64,000 nt of DNA, from the NCBI GenBank assembly GCA_964406665.1, contig CAYOSQ010000002.1:182219-246218 (forward strand). The letters run 5' to 3'. Of this stretch, positions 56,900-64,000 are shown piece by piece. Each line of letters opens with the position of its first letter. The stretch's first letter is position 1. A program made the position numbers and the translations under genes. The stretch comes from an uncultured Planctomycetia bacterium (GTDB taxonomy: Bacteria; Omnitrophota; Gorgyraeia; VGKH01; JBHPFN01). Under the pieces are notes generated by a model. It ran no database searches. It saw only the letters and a list, made by a program, of their open reading frames with translations, and was not told the DNA's origin.

Positions 56900-57873
56900 T
56901 TAATTACACAAGCTCCCCAGACCAATCCTCCACCAAAGGCATCTAAAACTACGATGTCGCCTTTTTTGATGCGTTTTTCTTTTGCGGCTTCAGCTAATGC
57001 TATTGCTGCAGATGCAGATGACATGTTTCCATATCGTGCAATATTCATAAAAACTCTATCTGTGGAAACTCCTAACCTTTTTGCTACAGCAAGAAGTATA
57101 CGTATGTTAGCTTGATGAAAAATAAAACAGTCCACATCATCACAGGTTAATTTTGCTTTCTTAAGTGCTTGCTCGGCGGCATTTGCCATAATTTTAACAG
57201 CAAGTTTAAATAATTCATTACCGCGCATTTTTATAAAATGCTGTTTCTCATCAACTGTTTTCCTTGTTGCCGGATGACGAGAACCTCCACCAGGAATAAA
57301 AAGAAGTTCACCTAAATTTCCATCACTTCCTAAGTGGGTTGAAATTATTCCACCACTTCTTACTGAACCTAATACGCATGCACCTGCTCCATCTCCGAAT
57401 AAAACGCAGGTATTGCGATCTGACCAATCTGTTATTGAAGAAAGCTTCTCAGAGCCGACAACTAATGCATTCTTGTAAACTCCGGCTGCGATAAACTGCT
57501 GAGCAATAGATATTCCATAAACAAACCCGGCGCATGCTGCAGCAATATCAAAGCAAGCAGCATTCTTTGCTCCTATGGCTTTTTGAACAAAGCAAGCGGT
57601 TGAAGGAAAGTTCATATCAGGGGTAATCGTAGCAACTATAATTAAATCAATATCTGCTGCGTCTAAACTCGCATCTTTTAATGCCTCTTTTACTGCTTTA
57701 GTTGCCATATCACTTGCAGCTTCAGATTTCTCAGAGATGCGCCTCTCTTTGATTCCTGTGCGGGTTGTAATCCACTCATCAGAAGTATCTACCATTTTTT
57801 CTAAGTCCGCATTGCTCAACACTTTTTTAGGAACATAAAAACCAAGACCTTTTATACCAACTTTTTTTGTCAT
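56893..57873 (-). CDS. fabH: 3-oxoacyl-ACP synthase III.
   Basis: Catalytic triad motifs AACAGF ... HQANIRI ... GNMSSAS; 326 aa. Confidence 0.9.
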   Translation of the reverse strand: MTKKVGIKGLGFYVPKKVLSNADLEKMVDTSDEWITTRTGIKERRISEKSEAASDMATKAVKEALKDASLDAADIDLIIVATITPDMNFPSTACFVQKAIGAKNAACFDIAAACAGFVYGISIAQQFIAAGVYKNALVVGSEKLSSITDWSDRNTCVLFGDGAGACVLGSVRSGGIISTHLGSDGNLGELLFIPGGGSRHPATRKTVDEKQHFIKMRGNELFKLAVKIMANAAEQALKKAKLTCDDVDCFIFHQANIRILLAVAKRLGVSTDRVFMNIARYGNMSSASAAIALAEAAKEKRIKKGDIVVLDAFGGGLVWGACVIKW

Positions 57874-58859
57874 GCTGTTTTAATCTCCTCAGTGATTACT
57901 TCATTAATTCGCCCTTCTACCTCTACTTTAGCTGCCCGTATAGCATTTTTAATAGCCTTTGCGGAAGAACGTCCGTGACCAATCATCACAATACCGTTAA
58001 CTCCCAAAAGCGGTGCGCCGCCGTATTCTGAATAATCCATATTCTTTTTTAGTCGCCTTAAACTATTTTTCATAAGTAGAATCCCTAACTTACCCCAAAA
58101 ACTACTTAAAATTTCTCTTTTAAAAAGCTGCATAAGAACTTCGGCTAAACTTTCAGATACTTTTAAAGCCACATTACCCACAACGCCGTCAGTTATAATG
58201 CAATCACAGTTTCCGGAAAATAGTTCCTTGCCCTCTACGTTTCCTACAAAATTGATTTTGGAATTCTCTAACAATGCATTAGCTTCTTTTGATAAATCTG
58301 TACCCTTAGACTGCTCTTCTCCGATATTTAAAAGTCCGATGGTAGGATTTTCTTTATTAAGAACCACTTTAGAATAGGCATCTGCCATAAGGCCATACTG
58401 AAGCATGTGTTTCGGTTTTGCATCAATATTTGCACCTACGTCGATTATCAAAGATGCACCTTTAAGAGTAGGCATAACTATGGCAATTCCTGGCCGCTCA
58501 ATACTTGGCAACATCTTCAAAATAAAAGTAGCTGCACAAACAACCGCGCCGGTATTGCCGGCGCTCACAAAAGCATCTACTTTTTTATCTCTTAGCAACT
58601 CTGTAGCCTTAGTAATAGAAGAGTTTTTCTTCTTCCTTATGCTGCTGGTTGCAGACTCATTCATCTCGATTACTTCAGGGGCATGCTCAATAGTTATACC
58701 TCCGGGTAATTTTTTGAATCTTTTAAGTTCTTGCTTAATAAGCTCTTCTTTCCCGACAAGCACAACTTCAACACCAAATTGCTCAACGGCATCAACAGCA
58801 CCATCAACAACCACACGCGGTGCATAATCTCCGCCCATAGCATCTATGGCTATTCTCAC
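57870..58859 (-). CDS. plsX: Phosphate acyltransferase.
   Basis: MRIAIDAMGGDYAP N-terminus; 329 aa. Confidence 0.9.
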   Translation of the reverse strand: MRIAIDAMGGDYAPRVVVDGAVDAVEQFGVEVVLVGKEELIKQELKRFKKLPGGITIEHAPEVIEMNESATSSIRKKKNSSITKATELLRDKKVDAFVSAGNTGAVVCAATFILKMLPSIERPGIAIVMPTLKGASLIIDVGANIDAKPKHMLQYGLMADAYSKVVLNKENPTIGLLNIGEEQSKGTDLSKEANALLENSKINFVGNVEGKELFSGNCDCIITDGVVGNVALKVSESLAEVLMQLFKREILSSFWGKLGILLMKNSLRRLKKNMDYSEYGGAPLLGVNGIVMIGHGRSSAKAIKNAIRAAKVEVEGRINEVITEEIKTA

Positions 58860-59188
58860 CCGGCTCTTCCTTTCTTTGCCAAGCCTAACCTATCTTTAAG
58901 CTTAGCTAATCCACTTCCATATGTTTTTAAATTTTTCTCACGAATGTATGCACTTGTTTTTGATTTATAGGCTTCAAAATAAATCAGCTCAACAGGAAGT
59001 TTGGTTTTAGTAGAGAAAACTTTTCCTCTGCTATGTTCTTCCAACCTATTTTTTAAATCACCAGTACAACCAATATAAATCCAAGATGTTTTTTTACTCG
59101 CAAGCAAATATACAAAATACCAATTGCCGCTAAAAGCTTTACCTGCCGAACCCCTCGTTCCATAATCTTTAGGAAGAGCAGGGCTCAT
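58856..59188 (-). CDS. GIY-YIG nuclease-domain protein sitting between rpmF and plsX.
   Basis: WYFVYLLASKKTSWIYIGCTGDLKNRLEEH...REKNLK GIY-YIG core. It has 4-nt overlaps with both neighbours. Confidence 0.75.
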   Translation of the reverse strand: MSPALPKDYGTRGSAGKAFSGNWYFVYLLASKKTSWIYIGCTGDLKNRLEEHSRGKVFSTKTKLPVELIYFEAYKSKTSAYIREKNLKTYGSGLAKLKDRLGLAKKGRAG

Positions 59189-59382
59189 TTCTTTTTCTTC
59201 TCTTTCTTAACTATCTCTATAACCGGCCTACCCTTATAATATCCGCAGGCAGGACATACCATATGAGATTTTTTGGGCTGTTTGCACTGTGGGCAAATTC
59301 CTAAATTAGGCTTAGTTAATTTCCAATGAGTTCTACGTTTTCTTCCTCTTGTTTTTGAATGTCTTCTTGGAGGTAATGCCAT
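59185..59382 (-). CDS. rpmF: 50S ribosomal protein L32.
   Basis: MALPPRRHSKTRGRKRR...CPQCKQPKKSHMVCPACG zinc ribbon. Confidence 0.9.
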   Translation of the reverse strand: MALPPRRHSKTRGRKRRTHWKLTKPNLGICPQCKQPKKSHMVCPACGYYKGRPVIEIVKKEKKKK

Positions 59383-59409
59383 TTATTTCCTTCCTTTCAT
59401 AAAATTAAA

Positions 59410-59871
59410 TTATTTGCAATTACAAGTTTCTTCATTTAAGTTTTTACCACATTTACTACAAAGCCCCTTGCAATTTGAATTACATAATAGACTTGCAGGA
59501 TACTCTAATATAAGCTCTTCTCGGATTTCATCAGTGATATCTAAATTATGCTCGTTAGGTTCAATAGTATAATCTAGCTGGGATCTAGTTTCAAGCTTCT
59601 TTTCAAATTCTTCAAGACAGCGGCCACAAACCATTTTTGCAAAAGCGCATATTTTTAAATCGACGGTAACAGTATCGCCTACCTTATGAAAATCTGCAAC
59701 AATTTCTATAGGTCTTTCTATTTTGATATGCTCTAAGCTTAAATCCAAAACTGCTGCATCACAGGATTCTTTTACCTTAAGACCTTCATAAGGAATTTTT
59801 GTAACAGAAACATTAATACGACTTGCTAAGGTCTTAGTATTTTTAAGCTCTTTAGTTTTAAAATCGCTCAT
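59410..59871 (-). CDS. yceD: YceD/DUF177 family protein (large-subunit rRNA accumulation).
   Basis: Conserved position upstream of rpmF; C-terminal CxxC...CxxC. Confidence 0.7.
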   Translation of the reverse strand: MSDFKTKELKNTKTLASRINVSVTKIPYEGLKVKESCDAAVLDLSLEHIKIERPIEIVADFHKVGDTVTVDLKICAFAKMVCGRCLEEFEKKLETRSQLDYTIEPNEHNLDITDEIREELILEYPASLLCNSNCKGLCSKCGKNLNEETCNCK

Positions 59872-60350
59872 TTTTTTAATTTCTTCTTCAATTCCTTCTC
59901 AACATAAGGTGGCAGAAAAGATGATAAATCAGCCCCCAATGCCCCGGCTTCTTTAATTAGATTAGATGAAAGAAAAGAATACTGCTCAGAAGGCATTAAA
60001 AATATTGTTTCAATATCCCCGGCTAACCTTCTATTGGTTAAAGCCATTTGGAGTTCGTATTCAAAATCTGAAATCATTCTTAAACCCCGGATAATCACGT
60101 GTATATGTTTTTTTCTGGCATAATCTACAACTAATCCATCAAAGCTTTCTACGTTTATATTATCAAAATCTTTTGTTGCTTCTTTAAGCATAGCTACCCG
60201 CTCTTCTACGGAAAAAATTGGTTCTTTGTGGGCATTTTTGGCAACTGCAACTGTTATTTCACTCACCACGCCTAAACCCCGCTTGATTAAATCTAAATGA
60301 CCATAAGTAACAGGATCAAAACTTCCCGGGTAAATTGCTTTCTCGCACAT
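59868..60350 (-). CDS. coaD: Phosphopantetheine adenylyltransferase.
   Basis: AIYPGSFDPVTYGHLDLI (HxGH nucleotidyltransferase motif). Confidence 0.9.
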   Translation of the reverse strand: MCEKAIYPGSFDPVTYGHLDLIKRGLGVVSEITVAVAKNAHKEPIFSVEERVAMLKEATKDFDNINVESFDGLVVDYARKKHIHVIIRGLRMISDFEYELQMALTNRRLAGDIETIFLMPSEQYSFLSSNLIKEAGALGADLSSFLPPYVEKELKKKLKK

Positions 60351-60351
60351 T

Positions 60352-60894
60352 TCATTTTCTCCTATAAAACGAAAGGATTGTGGTTCCGTATCTCCTTCTT
60401 GTATATAAAGATAAGCTCTCTATAGAGTCTTCTAAATTATCATCTTTATAATGTTGGACTATTACGAAACCGTAGGGCTTAACTATAGCATAACTGGCAA
60501 TTGCAAGCAAGGCTTTTTTGGCCAAATCCTTGTAATACGGTGGATCAAGAAAAACAATATCAAAACTTTTACCTTCATCTGAAAGAAACTTAATCACAGT
60601 CAGGGCATCCTTTGCTGCCAAGTCAAAAGACTCAATTCCTAAACTCTTAAGGTTTTCTCTGATTAACTTAACACAGCGGATGTCTTTTTCAGCAAAATAC
60701 ACTTCCCTAGCACCAAGAGATATTGCCTCAATGCCTACAGCTCCGCTTCCGGCGAAAAGCTCAAGAACACCTGCATCTTGGACAAATTCTCCCAAAATAT
60801 CAAAAGTTGCCTTTCTCACCTTTTGTTCTGTAGGCCTTATACCCTTAGGCATCTTTATCTGTCTGCTACGAAACTTTCCTGATAATATGCGCAT
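60352..60894 (-). CDS. rsmD: 16S rRNA (guanine966-N2)-methyltransferase.
   Basis: LELFAGSGAVGIEAISLGA SAM motif and FLDPPY. Confidence 0.85.
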   Translation of the reverse strand: MRILSGKFRSRQIKMPKGIRPTEQKVRKATFDILGEFVQDAGVLELFAGSGAVGIEAISLGAREVYFAEKDIRCVKLIRENLKSLGIESFDLAAKDALTVIKFLSDEGKSFDIVFLDPPYYKDLAKKALLAIASYAIVKPYGFVIVQHYKDDNLEDSIESLSLYTRRRYGTTILSFYRRK

Positions 60895-60902
60895 CTTTCT
60901 CC

Positions 60903-62999
60903 TTAAGCAGCCATAAGCTTTTCGTATTCAGGAAAACGCTGTTTGACTAATTTTCTAATTTGCAGGTTCTGCTTTTCTTGCAATCCAGGATCATGATGCA
61001 AAAGCTTGATCGCTTCTTCCCTGGCTGCCCTTAACGAATGCATCTGAGTTATTGGATTAGCTATTCTTAATTCTGATAACCCACTTTGCCGTTTGCCAAA
61101 GAATTCTCCCGGACCCCTAATTAATAAATCTTCCTCTGCAATTGCAAATCCGTCAGTTAATTTAGTGATTGCCTTAATGCGCATAAGCGCGGCTTCGCTT
61201 TTAGGATCAGCAATTAATAAACAATGTGATTGATGCTCACCTCTGCCTATTCTTCCGCGCAGCTGATGCAGCTGCGAAAGGCCAAAGCGCTCAGCATGCT
61301 CGATAATCATTACGCATGCGTTGGAAACATCCATTCCCACCTCTAAGACAGAAGTTGCAACAAGCATATGGACCTTTCCTTTTTTAAATTCTTGCATAAT
61401 TTCATCTTGCTGTTTTTGTTTGAGCCTACCGTGGATAAGCCCAACATTGAATTTCTTGAAGACTTTTTTCAGTTCTTTATGCATTTCTTCGGCCGCTTTT
61501 AAATCCAAACTATCTGAAACTTCTATTATGGGATAAATAACATAGGCCTGCCTTCCCTGGTTAATCTTTTCTGTTATAAATTCATAAACTTTTTTGCGAT
61601 CTCCCTCGTCATAAAGTTTTGTTTTTACCGGTAATCTTCCCGGAGGCATTTCATCAATAGAAGAAATATCTAAATCACCGTACACTGTTAAAGAAAGTGT
61701 GCGCGGAATAGGCGTTGCCGTCATGATTAAAACATCAGGATTATCACCCTTTTTGGGCAATAAAGCTCTCTGAGAAACACCAAACTTATGCTGCTCATCA
61801 ATAACAGCCAAGCCCAGGTTCTTGAATGCGAGTTCTTCTTGAATAAGTGCATGCGTACCAATGACAAGATCTATCTTGCCGTCTTTGATTTTTTTATACA
61901 ATTTTTCTTTTTCTGATGTGCCAATGCTGCTAGTCAATAAGGCAATCGAGATTTTCTTATTCCCAATCTTTAATTTTGTAACTTGTTTTTTTATATTGTC
62001 ATAATGTTGCTTAGCAAGTATTTCGGTTGGTACCATAAAAGCCACTTGCCAACCACCGGAAATCGCCATTAAAGATGCAAACGTTGCAACCACAGTTTTA
62101 CCAGAGCCCACATCTCCCTGTAGCAAGCGTTGCATAGGACGGTTGGAAATCATATCATTTTTGATTTCTTCAAGCACTTTTTTCTGAGCAGTGGTTAACT
62201 CAAAACCTAAGCATTGTTGAAATTCACTTGAGAGGCTTTCATCCACGCTATGAGAAATTCCTTTTTTCTGCTTTGAGTTCAGCTTGCGCAGTACAACCGG
62301 TACTTGATACAAAAAGAAGTCATCAAAAGAAACTCGGTTATAAGACTCTTTTTGCAAACTCTCGTTTTCAGGAAAATGGATGTTTCTTAAACTTTGCGCT
62401 AAGTTAAGCAGCTCTCTCCTTTTTCTAATATCATATGATAAAGGATCAACAATCTTAGGTATGTACTCATCAAGACAAAGCTTTACCAACCATCTTAAAT
62501 ATCTTTGCGTTATTCCTTGAGTTAAAGGATATATGGGAACAATTCTTCCCACGCTTAGATTGTCATCATCACTAGTTTCGTCATTTCCACAAGATTCAAA
62601 TTCAGGCGAATTCAGCTGAAGGCGTTCATCATACTTTTCAACTTTGCCAGAAAGCACTATTTCCTGACCTATATGAAAATAGTTCTCCAAATAAGGCTGA
62701 TTAAACCAAACTGCGTTAATTTTTCCTGTATCATTTTGCACAAGTACTTCTAAAACACTAAAGCCACGTCTGCGAAATGATCTTCTGACATTTTTGTACA
62801 ATACCTTCGCCTTTAGCGTTAACTCATCTCCAGGCTGAGCTTCAGATATGGGCTTAAGTTCACGCCTATCCTCGTATCTAGAGGGAAAATAATAAAGCAA
62901 ATCTATTATAGTTGCAACTCCCATGCGTGCAAAAAGCTGAGCTTTTTTAGGACCCACACCTTTTAAATATCTGATTGATGACTCTAGGTTTTTGTACAT
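60903..62999 (-). CDS. recG: ATP-dependent DNA helicase RecG.
   Basis: N-terminal wedge-domain region, Walker A (GDVGSGKT), DEQH box and helicase C motifs; 698 aa. Confidence 0.9.
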   Translation of the reverse strand: MYKNLESSIRYLKGVGPKKAQLFARMGVATIIDLLYYFPSRYEDRRELKPISEAQPGDELTLKAKVLYKNVRRSFRRRGFSVLEVLVQNDTGKINAVWFNQPYLENYFHIGQEIVLSGKVEKYDERLQLNSPEFESCGNDETSDDDNLSVGRIVPIYPLTQGITQRYLRWLVKLCLDEYIPKIVDPLSYDIRKRRELLNLAQSLRNIHFPENESLQKESYNRVSFDDFFLYQVPVVLRKLNSKQKKGISHSVDESLSSEFQQCLGFELTTAQKKVLEEIKNDMISNRPMQRLLQGDVGSGKTVVATFASLMAISGGWQVAFMVPTEILAKQHYDNIKKQVTKLKIGNKKISIALLTSSIGTSEKEKLYKKIKDGKIDLVIGTHALIQEELAFKNLGLAVIDEQHKFGVSQRALLPKKGDNPDVLIMTATPIPRTLSLTVYGDLDISSIDEMPPGRLPVKTKLYDEGDRKKVYEFITEKINQGRQAYVIYPIIEVSDSLDLKAAEEMHKELKKVFKKFNVGLIHGRLKQKQQDEIMQEFKKGKVHMLVATSVLEVGMDVSNACVMIIEHAERFGLSQLHQLRGRIGRGEHQSHCLLIADPKSEAALMRIKAITKLTDGFAIAEEDLLIRGPGEFFGKRQSGLSELRIANPITQMHSLRAAREEAIKLLHHDPGLQEKQNLQIRKLVKQRFPEYEKLMAA

Positions 63000-63012
63000 T
63001 ATTTTAAGGGAT

Positions 63013-63954
63013 TTAAGCTTGATTATTTTCTTTTCCTATGAGTTTTTTTATTGAATCAACAACCAGGTTAGGATCAACCTTCATGCATTCAATGTTAATC
63101 TCACAGCCGGGCTTTTCACAGGGAGAGCAATTGACATCAGGATTTTGCAAAACAACAGATTTATCAGAATACGGATAAGATCTATCAGGATGCGTAGGAC
63201 CGAAAAATGCAATAATTGGAATATTTAAATAACTGCCTAAATGAAGGATGCTTGAATCCACACCCAGCAAAGCAAGGGCATAATTTTTCAACAAATAAGC
63301 AACTTCTATCATGCTTCTAGTCTTACCTACTAAATTAGTCACGCCACCTTGCATTAGAATATCACCGTAATATTCTCGGTCTTTTTCATCACCAACTATT
63401 ACCACAGAATAATCAGCCCTTAGCAGCTCTATGACTTTTCTTAAGCAATCTTTATCATAACATTTTATTCGAGAGCGTGATGAACAAGCAATGAATATTG
63501 ATTTTCTAAGATTTAATCTCTTTAAATATTCCTTCTCTTCGCTATTTAGCGGAAAGCTGCTATTAGTTAATTCTTTATCAGAAGTGAATTTATCAATAAG
63601 CGATAAGTATTTTTTTCTAATGTGGAGATTTTTCTCATAGCGTCTGACTATTGGACTGCGAATCTTTGCAGCAGCGATAAACGGCATAAGTGTATTTTTT
63701 AAATCAACAAATATGTCAAACTTTCCAAACAAGGAAAATGCGAAGCGCCCCTGATGCAACAAATTCCAACGCTTATCAAAAATCTCAACATTATCTATAT
63801 AGTTATTGCGTATTAGAAAATCCTTGGTCTGAGGCGAAGCCACTGCAGTAATTTTACTTGAGGGAAAATTTGCTTTAAGCCTATCCAATAATGGAAGTGC
63901 CAGGATTACATCACCCACATTTGTAGGAAAAGTTATGGCAATTCTCTTATGCAT
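63013..63954 (-). CDS. Glycosyltransferase family 9 (LPS heptosyltransferase-like).
   Basis: MHKRIAITFPTNVGDVILALPLLDRLKANFP N-terminus typical of GT9. Confidence 0.75.
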   Translation of the reverse strand: MHKRIAITFPTNVGDVILALPLLDRLKANFPSSKITAVASPQTKDFLIRNNYIDNVEIFDKRWNLLHQGRFAFSLFGKFDIFVDLKNTLMPFIAAAKIRSPIVRRYEKNLHIRKKYLSLIDKFTSDKELTNSSFPLNSEEKEYLKRLNLRKSIFIACSSRSRIKCYDKDCLRKVIELLRADYSVVIVGDEKDREYYGDILMQGGVTNLVGKTRSMIEVAYLLKNYALALLGVDSSILHLGSYLNIPIIAFFGPTHPDRSYPYSDKSVVLQNPDVNCSPCEKPGCEINIECMKVDPNLVVDSIKKLIGKENNQA

Positions 63955-64000
63955 TTTGAATTCAAGTTAATGCTCAACAGAAATATTTATCTCGGGTTTT

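Overview
This is an AT-rich bacterial chromosomal window, probably from a Gram-negative organism, since it carries a GT9 heptosyltransferase, BamE-like and DUF481 outer-membrane genes and type IV pilins. Almost every gene is on the minus strand.

Conserved blocks, by window coordinate (genes read right to left):
- 0.4-15.4 kb holds an arginine/lysine biosynthesis run. The arg genes are argC, argJ, argB, argD, argF, argG and argH. They are followed by lysA, dapF, dapA, dapB and a DapL-type aminotransferase, then folK, panC and nadX.
- 15.6-23.9 kb holds rpsI-rplM, truA, asd, leuB/D/C and fabF-acpP-fabG.
- 56-64 kb holds fabD-fabH-plsX, a GIY-YIG gene, rpmF, yceD, coaD, rsmD, recG and a GT9 heptosyltransferase.

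The canonical plsX-fabH-fabD-fabG-acpP-fabF cluster is therefore split between fabD (about 55.97 kb) and fabG (about 23.92 kb) by roughly 32 kb of accessory DNA. That accessory region contains:
- A DUF481 outer-membrane protein and several secreted proteins and lipoproteins of unknown function.
- A type IV minor-pilin cluster (PilX/W/V-like, with a probable frameshift) and a separate pilin gene.
- After that pilin gene, a roughly 500 bp GC-rich, hairpin-dense tandem-repeat element closed by a rho-independent terminator.
- Three clustered lipoprotein genes preceded by perfect GTACGTAC and ACTACGTAGT palindromes.
- A stand-alone REP-associated tyrosine transposase (RAYT, IS200-like).
- An orphan RHS C-terminal toxin fragment with a putative immunity gene.
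- A tight, co-directional cluster of about 12.5 kb (43.3-55.85 kb). It interleaves three paralogous 7TM sensor histidine kinases, plus a fourth convergent one, with a second ketosynthase, a thioester-reductase-type SDR, a nitroreductase, a CrtI-like FAD oxidoreductase, two Avd-like four-helix-bundle proteins, a single-domain receiver and a GAF-HD-GYP protein.

The candidate novel systems are the kinase-interleaved redox/lipid-tailoring operon and the GC-rich structured tandem-repeat RNA element. I found no CRISPR array, rRNA, tRNA, integrase or phage structural genes.
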